The notes under the pieces were generated by a model. That model was given only the letters and a program-made list of their open reading frames with translations. It searched no databases and was not told where the DNA came from. A program made the position numbers and the translations under genes. A DNA stretch of 58,206 nucleotides from an uncultured Lachnospiraceae bacterium (GTDB lineage: Bacteria; Bacillota; Clostridia; Lachnospirales; Lachnospiraceae), in assembly GCA_947366105.1 (NCBI GenBank), contig CANAZK010000001.1, positions 1-58,206 on the forward strand, in the 5' to 3' direction. Shown here in pieces: positions 50,138 through 58,206 of this stretch (positions are counted from its first letter, which is position 1; each line of letters starts with the position of its first letter).

Positions 50138-51466
50138 TCAATTTAAAATATCTTTCAGCATTTCAAATTGTCTCCTGACTTCTTCCTGAATTTCAGGAAT
50201 TCGTTTCTTCAGCATATCCTGTATCTTTTCTTTCTCATTCCAACACCGCTCCGTTGTTTCCAATAATTGCTCCGGATTGGCAGGTGACGCAATAAACTCT
50301 TCCAAACCTGCTATTTCCGCAAACCCGGACACTTTATGCGCTTTGGGTTCATGCCCATAATCTATCATTACAGTTGGAATACATTGAGATATTCCGGCAA
50401 CTGCACCATGCATTCTGCCGCTGATTAACATATCAAGTTCTCCGATAATACCTTTAATTTGTTTCGGAAGATATGGCGTTCTGATTAATGTTACACTTTC
50501 CCTATAACCTAGCCTGTCCAGAATCTGTTCCAGTTGTTCCATAAGCGGATAATCTCTTCCACGTATAAGTTCAAAGTCTGCCGGAGGTACTTTAAAACCA
50601 TTAGTATGTGAAATGAGATATATTTGCACATCATATTTGTCGATCATATTGGTGATTGTCTTCACAAACGTCTCATACTCACTGTCTTCTCTCGGCCACA
50701 AACCATATGGACCCTTTTCAAAATTCCAACCGCATAAAATAAAACCAACCGCAGGTTTCCCTGAAATTTCTATTCTTTCTTTCCGCAATAACTCAGAAAC
50801 CCCCGCCTTATCCATCTGTTGAAATAGAAAAGACGGACAAGCAGAATCAACTACATGTGATGTATCAAATTCCTCTGCCTTCAGAATACGTGTACTTATA
50901 GGTTCTCGGTTTGTAACCATCTTAAAACCTTCAAATACCTTTTTCGCCAGTTTTTTGATACGCTCATCGCTAAATGGTCCCGGAGATCCTGCCAGCATCA
51001 CCGTCGGTTTCAACACTTGCGCAGTCATGTCCTTATATAAACCGACTTCAAATCTGTCTTTTCCGAGAAAATCCGCATTATCGCCCCATATATCTCCCGA
51101 AAAATCAATGACCAAATCCGCACTTTCAACTTCCTCAATATATCTGCTCTCTATATTTTTTTCACAGCCGATCGCAGACTCAAATTCTCTTTTGGCAGTT
51201 TCTAAATTACCTCCGCTGTTAAAATCATAGTAACACTCTAAAGGAAGCGTTCGGATTCGGAACCTTTCACAAAAAGAGTCGGAAAACTGCATAGTTGTCT
51301 TTAAAACTGCATTTGGAAATACCCTTCGCAACTCTTCAAAAAAAGGCTCTGCGATATAATAATTTCCGATATTTCCAAACTCCATTCTTCCCCAATGAAG
51401 ACTGCATTGTCCAATTATAAGTATACTGTTAATTTTTTTCATCTTACTAACCCTGCTAATCTGCAT
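50138..51466 (-). CDS. Polysaccharide pyruvyl transferase family protein
   Basis: GNIG, SPGPF, VTNRE..S, SGRMHG.VA. Confidence 0.8.
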   Translation of the reverse strand: MQISRVSKMKKINSILIIGQCSLHWGRMEFGNIGNYYIAEPFFEELRRVFPNAVLKTTMQFSDSFCERFRIRTLPLECYYDFNSGGNLETAKREFESAIGCEKNIESRYIEEVESADLVIDFSGDIWGDNADFLGKDRFEVGLYKDMTAQVLKPTVMLAGSPGPFSDERIKKLAKKVFEGFKMVTNREPISTRILKAEEFDTSHVVDSACPSFLFQQMDKAGVSELLRKERIEISGKPAVGFILCGWNFEKGPYGLWPREDSEYETFVKTITNMIDKYDVQIYLISHTNGFKVPPADFELIRGRDYPLMEQLEQILDRLGYRESVTLIRTPYLPKQIKGIIGELDMLISGRMHGAVAGISQCIPTVMIDYGHEPKAHKVSGFAEIAGLEEFIASPANPEQLLETTERCWNEKEKIQDMLKKRIPEIQEEVRRQFEMLKDILN

Positions 51467-52630
51467 TTAGACATCCTTCACTATCTCCCAACACTTTTGT
51501 CCGATTGCACTTTCACTATTGTTCAAACTTTTCTTGCGCTTCATTATGTTGCGCACCAGTCCATCTATCCCGAATACTTCCTCCGGCAGCATTTTCTGCG
51601 CTTCATAACATATATCCAAATACTCTTCCGCTTCCATTTGAATCAAATGAAAATCTACATCAAAAGTCTGCATATCTACTTCTAACATTCCGTTACCGCA
51701 AAAAGGCGAGAAGTAAAGCTTATTATTTTCCATGAAATAATCCAAAAACTGAAATCGTTCTTTATAAATATCTATCAGGTCAATAAAATCCTGCGGAATA
51801 ACTAACTCTGACTGCTCTACTTGTCCATTTTCCAATAACGTTACAATTAAAATATTTCTTCTTTCACGAGCCGAAGGCAGCAAGAATCCATTCTTAACAG
51901 GAATTAACTCCCGGTATGGTCTTTCCTTGTCTCCTGCATAATCTGTTTTCCAGACTTTAGTAATCTTCCTTTCTTTATCCCAACATGTAATTGTCTTACC
52001 ATCTACTGACAGGATAAAAAAGCAGCCGTTTTGATACAGAATAGACCAAAATCCGGTATGGCCCTCTAATTTATAGTTTTTTACTTCTAATGTATCAATA
52101 TTGATACTGTAAACAATATTAGTATCAAATACGCAGCGCCATATCTCTCGGTTCACCAAGCAAAGAGACTCTACATAATTTGCCCTTGCCGGCGCCAACT
52201 CTTCTTTCTCGGCAATCAGCCTCTTATAATCATACTGCTGGTCTTTCAATGAAAACGTGCATGCATATTCTTCTCCCGCTCCTGCAAAAGACCATACTGT
52301 ATCTCCATCTCTGAAAATAACGGTTGTTTTAGAAAACTTATATCTGCTTTTCGGATAAAAATACCTTAATTCTCGGGTTTCCATATCATACTCAGCCACT
52401 TCATTTTCCTCAATAGCAAAAATATAAATTCTGTTTCCGTACAAACAAGTATATAACACTCTCACTTTTTCTCTCTTTTTAAAATCACTAAGCCGACATA
52501 AAGCTTTCACCTGATATGTACTTTTATCTATTTGCATAAGAATATTTCTGCTATGTTCCACTGCATAAATATATTTATCATCCCGGCAAGAATGATACCA
52601 AGCAATATTTTGTATTCCGTTTTCTAACAC
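51467..52630 (-). CDS. Hypothetical protein, probably beta-propeller-like
   Basis: 387-aa ORF coupled to its neighbours; repeated beta-strand blades (IYIFA...VAEYDM, LYFSP...MLEVDM); no catalytic motif recognised. Confidence 0.7.
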   Translation of the reverse strand: MLENGIQNIAWYHSCRDDKYIYAVEHSRNILMQIDKSTYQVKALCRLSDFKKREKVRVLYTCLYGNRIYIFAIEENEVAEYDMETRELRYFYPKSRYKFSKTTVIFRDGDTVWSFAGAGEEYACTFSLKDQQYDYKRLIAEKEELAPARANYVESLCLVNREIWRCVFDTNIVYSINIDTLEVKNYKLEGHTGFWSILYQNGCFFILSVDGKTITCWDKERKITKVWKTDYAGDKERPYRELIPVKNGFLLPSARERRNILIVTLLENGQVEQSELVIPQDFIDLIDIYKERFQFLDYFMENNKLYFSPFCGNGMLEVDMQTFDVDFHLIQMEAEEYLDICYEAQKMLPEEVFGIDGLVRNIMKRKKSLNNSESAIGQKCWEIVKDV

Positions 52631-54036
52631 ATCCAGTCCTCCAATATTACTAATTCTCTATTAAAATTACTTATAGTATCTTTTATTTCCCACGCCTGTT
52701 TTACCGGTGAAATGATTATGACATCTGATAATTGTAAATGATTTTCCGTTGGTTTTAGAATCTCATACCCTTCCCATGTATTTCCATATTGATTTTTGTC
52801 ATATAAATGTATATTATAATTTAAATTTTCCTTGCTAATCATCTTCAAAAATGCCTTGCCTATTGCACCAATTCCATAGATACCTAATGAACAAGCTTTC
52901 TTTTCTATCATCAATTTATCAATTCTATAGCCTAAATGTTCAACTGATACAATTTTATTCAATAAGCGTGTTACCCTTACTTCCTCTTCCAATCTTTTTT
53001 CTAACTGTACTTTGTCCTTCAGATAAGGGTTTTCACCCCTGGCGCTGTCCTCCTGATTAGACCATAATAGCACTTTCGGATGCTTAAAAATTTCATTTGA
53101 CATCACTTTACGAAACTCTTCATAATACGGATGATATGGATTTCTTACATCCATAAACCATTGGATACTTTCATCATAAATTCCTCCCGGCATAATCGGT
53201 CTTAATCTTACACTATCAGCGCCAAACTCTTCGATGCACCTCCGTGTGAATTCCGGCATCTCACGAAAATTCTGTTCTTGAATAACCGTAGCCAATTCAA
53301 ACTCATTAATAATACCTTTTTCACGCAATGATTTTACAAATTTTAAATTATCAATAATTTGAGAAATAGGATATTTACATCCGGAAAGAAATTGATAAAT
53401 ATCTTCATTAAAGCTCATAACTGTAATAGCCACCCGAAGATGGTACTGTCCTAAATTCTGAATTTTCTTCCAATGTTCTTCATCAAAAAGAGAACCGTTA
53501 GTTTCCAGTACAACCTTAATTTCCTCTTTCGGCGCTATTGGTTTCCAATTAGCCAAAATATTTAATATATTTTTACTGACAAATAATTCTCCTCTTCCGT
53601 TTGCACTAATTTTCTTGACGTATGGCAAAATATCACGGATATTTTCTTCAATCTTTTGGTATTGTTTCTGGTAATTAACTCCCGGTTTCCTAACCATATT
53701 CAAATGGCTTGTGCAACATGTACAATGATAATTACATACTCCTTCATACCCTAAATAAAGTTCTTCCGGATATAGCTCATCTTCCTCCAAATCAATCATC
53801 ATTTCTTCCATTCTATCATTTGCTAAATAAGGACAATTGTCTTTCGGACAATTTGAAAAATCACCTTTTGCAATTTTCTCACAAAACCCAACTGCCTTTT
53901 CATTATTAATTAAAGTCCTAAAATCCTGTTCCAAAACACTTCCTATAAGATTATTTTTTGCCCAGGAACACGTCCTGACATTTCCCTGCTCATCTATTAT
54001 CTGATAATATTTACATGCTCTGCCGCACGTTCTCAT
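52624..54036 (-). CDS. Radical SAM protein with N-terminal Cys-rich SPASM-like segment and C-terminal Rossmann-like module
   Basis: CNYHCTCC (CxxxCxxC), GELF, ETNG; N-terminal C..C..G.VRTCSW..IGS..C...C; C-terminal GIYGIG.IG. Confidence 0.85.
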   Translation of the reverse strand: MRTCGRACKYYQIIDEQGNVRTCSWAKNNLIGSVLEQDFRTLINNEKAVGFCEKIAKGDFSNCPKDNCPYLANDRMEEMMIDLEEDELYPEELYLGYEGVCNYHCTCCTSHLNMVRKPGVNYQKQYQKIEENIRDILPYVKKISANGRGELFVSKNILNILANWKPIAPKEEIKVVLETNGSLFDEEHWKKIQNLGQYHLRVAITVMSFNEDIYQFLSGCKYPISQIIDNLKFVKSLREKGIINEFELATVIQEQNFREMPEFTRRCIEEFGADSVRLRPIMPGGIYDESIQWFMDVRNPYHPYYEEFRKVMSNEIFKHPKVLLWSNQEDSARGENPYLKDKVQLEKRLEEEVRVTRLLNKIVSVEHLGYRIDKLMIEKKACSLGIYGIGAIGKAFLKMISKENLNYNIHLYDKNQYGNTWEGYEILKPTENHLQLSDVIIISPVKQAWEIKDTISNFNRELVILEDWMC

Positions 54037-54048
54037 AAACCTTACTCC

Positions 54049-55305
54049 TTAATACATAATATTTGTAAATCCTAATTTTCTTAACAACACCCTTGCTTCT
54101 CTTTTATTGCTTTCATTCATACATAACCAAAAATAGGAACTCTGTTTCTCATTTAATAGATTTCTTATTTCTTGTACATTGTGATCCATATACATAGGTT
54201 CATTATACTTTATATCCGACACTACAAATCCATCAAACTCCAGCCCCCATTCCCGTATTTTTTCTGCGTTCTGCCGGGCAATCGAACCCGCCCCATAAAT
54301 ATATATATATCCTTTATGTCCTTTAGCCCGGTCTATAAATTCTTTCACCTTATCATAGTAATCTATACATTTAGGAAAAAAAGCAAATTCCAATTCATCT
54401 AATATATCCTCATATTGTTGTTCATACTGTTTATTTTTTTGCTGAATAAATTTTTCCACAACTACTATTCGGTTATTTTTTTGTACTAACTTTTTTAAAT
54501 TTAGTGTAAATAAAGTTCTTTGATATTCCGAAATATATTTCTCAAACCTTTCTTTAGAAACTTGATTATATTTCCACAAATATTGTGCAAATTTATCAAA
54601 ATAATCAAGGCTATATGCTTCGTTACCCTGAAATCTTTTATTCCATGAACCCTCGCACATAAAATTTCTTATACACCATACTTCATTCATATAATAAATC
54701 TGCCCTTTTAAAGCGCAATGATGTTTAAGCGGGTCATCTCCCACCGGTACCTCATAAAAATACTTTGGTAAATTCTTGATATTTTTTGTACGCAAGAAAA
54801 AAGAAGCTGTTGGCGCTCTCCCATGTTTGCATAATATAATTTCTTCATCAGACAAATTACCGGAGTCCATACCCTGAATATGAAGCACACTCTCTCCTGT
54901 TCTTGCATCTATTCGGAGTGCATTATGTATACATAAACTGACTTCCGGATACTCTTCCATCCGGAGAAACTGTCTCTGAAGTTTTCCCTCGTAAATCCAT
55001 TCGTCGTCTCCCTCGCATATTGCGATATACTTTCCTCTCACTTCCGGAAACAAGAAATCAAAAAGTATCTTCTTTTTTTGAGAATACTGATTTTCTGTTT
55101 GCAAAACCAAACGTATTATATCAGGATATTTTTTCTGATATTCTTTCAAAATATCGGTAGTACCGTCTGTAGACGCATCATCATGGACTATAATTTCATA
55201 AGAAAAATTCCCTTTTTGCTGCAAAAATCCCTCCAGCGTTTTCCGAATATAATTTTCATGATTATATGTAACACATAAAATCGAAATATCAACATCTTTT
55301 ACCAT
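54049..55305 (-). CDS. GT2 glycosyltransferase with C-terminal Rossmann-like module
   Basis: SILCVTYNHE.YI, HDDASTDGT, GKYIAICEGDD.W; C-terminal IYIYGAG. Confidence 0.92.
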   Translation of the reverse strand: MVKDVDISILCVTYNHENYIRKTLEGFLQQKGNFSYEIIVHDDASTDGTTDILKEYQKKYPDIIRLVLQTENQYSQKKKILFDFLFPEVRGKYIAICEGDDEWIYEGKLQRQFLRMEEYPEVSLCIHNALRIDARTGESVLHIQGMDSGNLSDEEIILCKHGRAPTASFFLRTKNIKNLPKYFYEVPVGDDPLKHHCALKGQIYYMNEVWCIRNFMCEGSWNKRFQGNEAYSLDYFDKFAQYLWKYNQVSKERFEKYISEYQRTLFTLNLKKLVQKNNRIVVVEKFIQQKNKQYEQQYEDILDELEFAFFPKCIDYYDKVKEFIDRAKGHKGYIYIYGAGSIARQNAEKIREWGLEFDGFVVSDIKYNEPMYMDHNVQEIRNLLNEKQSSYFWLCMNESNKREARVLLRKLGFTNIMY

Positions 55306-55339
55306 AACTTTTCCTCTTAAATTAATTAATTATTTTTGA

Positions 55340-56587
55340 TTATGATTCAATTTGTACCGCTGGCTGAATAAAAATCTCTTCTTCTACCCCTACATCACAA
55401 TAATCACACGCAATTGAGTACTCTCTCAAGAAGAAGTCTCTCATTTCTTGCACATCTAACTCATCATTTACTAACAAAAACTCTTTCTCTTCCATATAAT
55501 TTAATGCAGACATACTTGCTGCTCTTGCACACTGAAATAATTTATCTTCAAATAGTGTCTTACATAAATAACTCGAATTACACTTTTTATACTGCCGTTT
55601 TAACTCTTCGGAATCCCTACCTCGTTTTACTGTACTTCCCGGTGAAATCCAACGTCCTAACGCTAAAACCGTATATCTGATTTTATTTTTCTCACAAAAC
55701 TGAACAATTCTTGTCTTGTCTACCAAAGAACCATAATCACTGATCCTTACTGTCACTTTTTGATTCTGCAAAAGTTGGATCACATAAGAATCCTTTGGAA
55801 TAACTGTACCATTTGTCGTTATCTCTATAGATTTTATAATTGAATTATCAATAACATATCCCAACACAGAACTAAGATTTGACGCTAAAAACGGTTCCCC
55901 GCCAATCAACTCACATTTTAATATTGTCTGTGTTTTATCCGTAATAACCTTCAAAGATTCAATAATCTTGTGCTCATCTAAATCTTTCTGTGGCTTAAAA
56001 TGATTCATTAAATTATTACATTCTTGACATCTCAATGAACATTTTGTGCCAAGTACCACTACCAATCTCAAAATATTCATACTATTCTCTTTTAAAGATT
56101 GCACAGCTTCACATATATACTTTTCTATCTCCATCTCATCAATGTCATATTCTTTACAAAGATTCTCAACCGTTTGCAAATACGGCATAACATATCTCTG
56201 TAAATAAACTCTTTTATATTGTGGCATTTCATTCGTGACATTTTCTTTTTTCCACTTTAAACAAAGTTTATCGGTCAACGCATATATATTCTGAACTCTT
56301 AATTCTATAAGCTTTTGTCTAATTTCCGGCTGCAATTTCTCACGCACTGCTATTATAAAATCGGCAGTATCGTAATATTCCTCCAAATTTTTAATCACAA
56401 TAACAGGCACTCCCCATATTGAATACGGGTTATGTTCTCTCTTTGAAACTGCAAAACAAAATACATCCCTATTTGTCTGCATTAATCTATCTAATACAGC
56501 TCTGCCAAAATCCCCTGCACCATAGATAATAATTTTATTCTCACTTTGTCTGCAATTTTGAATCAATTTATTTTCAAGAACACTCAT
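55340..56587 (-). CDS. Radical SAM protein with N-terminal Rossmann-like module and C-terminal Cys cluster
   Basis: CSLRCQEC (CxxxCxxC), GGEPFL, TTNGT; C...C...LFQC...CDYC; N-terminal IIIYGAG. Confidence 0.88.
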   Translation of the reverse strand: MSVLENKLIQNCRQSENKIIIYGAGDFGRAVLDRLMQTNRDVFCFAVSKREHNPYSIWGVPVIVIKNLEEYYDTADFIIAVREKLQPEIRQKLIELRVQNIYALTDKLCLKWKKENVTNEMPQYKRVYLQRYVMPYLQTVENLCKEYDIDEMEIEKYICEAVQSLKENSMNILRLVVVLGTKCSLRCQECNNLMNHFKPQKDLDEHKIIESLKVITDKTQTILKCELIGGEPFLASNLSSVLGYVIDNSIIKSIEITTNGTVIPKDSYVIQLLQNQKVTVRISDYGSLVDKTRIVQFCEKNKIRYTVLALGRWISPGSTVKRGRDSEELKRQYKKCNSSYLCKTLFEDKLFQCARAASMSALNYMEEKEFLLVNDELDVQEMRDFFLREYSIACDYCDVGVEEEIFIQPAVQIES

Positions 56588-56597
56588 TCCAACACCC

Positions 56598-57725
56598 TCA
56601 TTTCATGTTTCTTATATACTCACAAATCCGGTCAACCTCTTCCACCGCCAAATCGGCATACATTGGAAGCGTCAGAACACTGTCCGCTATCTTCCGTGCC
56701 GTCGTTATTTGGCAGTCAATAAAGTTCCCTTTATAGCACTCTGCATCGCAAGTCAACGGATAAAAATACTTTCTTGTATATATTTGGTTCTTCCGCAAAT
56801 GACAATAAACATCATCTCTTCCGTACCCCAAAATATTTTTGTCAAAGACCACCGGAAAATATGCATAATTTTCTCTTACATCCTCCTGTGGCTTCAATAT
56901 ATGTAATCCGGCGATATCTTTTAGATTATCCCGGTATCTTTCTTCAACTTTCCCGCGCTTTTCAATTTCCGCATCAATATATTTCAGATTGCATAAACCC
57001 ATAATTGCACGCAGTTCGTCTAACTTCGCATTAGATCCTGCTTTATCAATCAAAATTTCATTCTGAATCCCGAAATTTTTCAAACGGTACAATTCTGTAC
57101 CCAACTTTTTATCCTGGTATACAACAGCGCCGCCCTCCACTGTATGAAACACTTTTGTTGCATGAAAACTTAAAACAGAGGCGTCACCGTAACCCAAAAC
57201 ACTTTTCCCCTCATACATGACACCAAACGCATGCGCCGCATCATAAATAACTTTCAAATGATATTTATGCGCCAGCTTCTCAATCGCTTTTACATCGCAG
57301 ACCTGTCCATACACATGCACAGGAACGATTGCAACAGTATTTTCTGTAATCAATCCCTCCATTTTTGATACATCCATTGTATAATTATCAGCATTAATGT
57401 CACAAAACACCGGCTTTAATCCATTTCTTACAATTGCATGTGTGGTGGAAATAAACGTAAACGGCGTCGTTATCACTTCTCCTCCTGCTGGCAGACCTAT
57501 TGCCTGAATTACCAGTTCAAGCGCAAGATGTCCATTTGTCATAAGAGAAACTTCTTCTGCTTGAAGATAGTCCTTCAACTGTTTTTCAAATCTATTATGA
57601 TATTCCCCCATATTCGTAAGCCTATGGCTGTCCCATAATGGCTTTATCATCTCTATATATTCCTCATATGGAGGCATTGAAGACTTTGTAACAAAGATCT
57701 CTTTCATACTCATAACATTTTTCAT
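56598..57725 (-). CDS. vioA: DegT/DnrJ PLP sugar aminotransferase, VioA-like (dTDP-4-amino-4,6-dideoxyglucose)
   Basis: I.VT...MP, TTPFTF.ST, PVHVYG, YDAAHAFG, SFHATKVF.TVEGG, YFYP; true start may be a downstream Met. Confidence 0.8.
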   Translation of the reverse strand: MKNVMSMKEIFVTKSSMPPYEEYIEMIKPLWDSHRLTNMGEYHNRFEKQLKDYLQAEEVSLMTNGHLALELVIQAIGLPAGGEVITTPFTFISTTHAIVRNGLKPVFCDINADNYTMDVSKMEGLITENTVAIVPVHVYGQVCDVKAIEKLAHKYHLKVIYDAAHAFGVMYEGKSVLGYGDASVLSFHATKVFHTVEGGAVVYQDKKLGTELYRLKNFGIQNEILIDKAGSNAKLDELRAIMGLCNLKYIDAEIEKRGKVEERYRDNLKDIAGLHILKPQEDVRENYAYFPVVFDKNILGYGRDDVYCHLRKNQIYTRKYFYPLTCDAECYKGNFIDCQITTARKIADSVLTLPMYADLAVEEVDRICEYIRNMK

Positions 57726-58156
57726 CTCATTTCTCTGTAATTTGCTAACATAATAAGCTTATCCATTTGCATGTATAAATGCACCAAAGAACCCCCATCT
57801 CCATAATACCCGTCGCTAAGCACCAATGCCCTTTCCATATCGGCAGTATTATCATAGATTCCCCAGCCCTCCCGAATATATTGATTCCGAAGTTCTTTGA
57901 ATTTTTCCAAAAGCTGCGGTCTCATAGAAGCCATCGTACTTTCTAACAATGGATGGGGTCTCCAAAGCAACGCAATCTCATCTTTGTATTCCTTAAATGT
58001 ATTGAGCACTTTCTCCATCTTACTTAATGCGGTATCATTCTTGAGCACAGCGCTGATTGTCGTGTTATAAAAAATAACCTTTTTTCTGCTTCCGTTTGGT
58101 TTCTGAATTACTTTCATCCATTCTTTCGGTATACTCAAATCTTCTACTCTCGTATT
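57722..58156 (-). CDS. C-terminal fragment of a CDP-glycerol phosphotransferase-like (GT-B) protein; 5' end cut by contig end
   Basis: KKVIFYNT, LLWRPHPL, D.YYGD.GSLV; the MCSSDL start in the ORF track is adapter-derived. Confidence 0.7.
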   Translation of the reverse strand, partial: NTRVEDLSIPKEWMKVIQKPNGSRKKVIFYNTTISAVLKNDTALSKMEKVLNTFKEYKDEIALLWRPHPLLESTMASMRPQLLEKFKELRNQYIREGWGIYDNTADMERALVLSDGYYGDGGSLVHLYMQMDKLIMLANYREMR

Positions 58157-58157
58157 C

Positions 58158-58206
58158 AGATCGGAAGAGCACACGTCTGAACTCCAGTCACGGACTCCTA
58201 TCTCGT
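58158..58206 (+). other. Illumina TruSeq-type indexed adapter (technical artefact)
   Basis: AGATCGGAAGAGCACACGTCTGAACTCCAGTCAC + 8-nt index GGACTCCT + ATCTCGT. Confidence 0.98.

Noticed and set aside
32033-55079. A/T homopolymers of 7-8 nt (e.g. 32033-32040, 49672-49679) as phase-variation tracts
   Set aside because: Expected in AT-rich DNA; the genes are in frame and no long poly-G/C tracts were seen
1-58206. CRISPR arrays, tRNA/rRNA, IS elements, prophage genes
   Set aside because: No spaced repeats, structural RNA signatures, transposases or phage proteins recognised; nearly all sequence is explained by coding genes

Overview
This window looks like a whole contig from a low-GC Firmicute, most likely Lachnospiraceae/Clostridia, with untrimmed Illumina adapter at both ends (1-10 and 58158-58206). 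Bases 11-26112 hold one tightly packed minus-strand flagellar/chemotaxis operon: a lytic transglycosylase, flgB, fliEFGHIJK, flgD, TIGR02530, flgE, flbD, motAB, fliM, cheY, a displaced flgC, fliY, fliOPQR, flhBA, fliA, flgF/G, cheC, cheD, cheV and a degenerate EAL-HDOD gene that the ORF track missed. A chemoreceptor is transcribed divergently from a near-palindromic intergenic region. It is followed by a terminator and a decayed AAA-ATPase/PD-(D/E)XK gene. Bases 29808-58156 hold a mostly AT-rich minus-strand glycan island with no visible Wzx/Wzy, ABC exporter or priming transferase; flagellar/protein glycosylation is inferred, but no flagellin gene is in the window. The island carries rmlABDC, a GDP-heptose pathway with an epimerase and a mutase-like flavoprotein, CDP-alditol/TagF genes, VioA+WbqC+GNAT, a pyruvyltransferase, two radical SAM enzymes, duplicated RgpF genes and a methyltransferase remnant. 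The most notable observations are a shared ~100-aa 'YGAG' module on 6-7 unrelated island enzymes, RNA hairpins bracketing flgE next to TIGR02530, mirror-image promoters, a Na+-type stator signature and an operon-leading lytic transglycosylase. All family calls come from motif recognition by eye; no searches were run.
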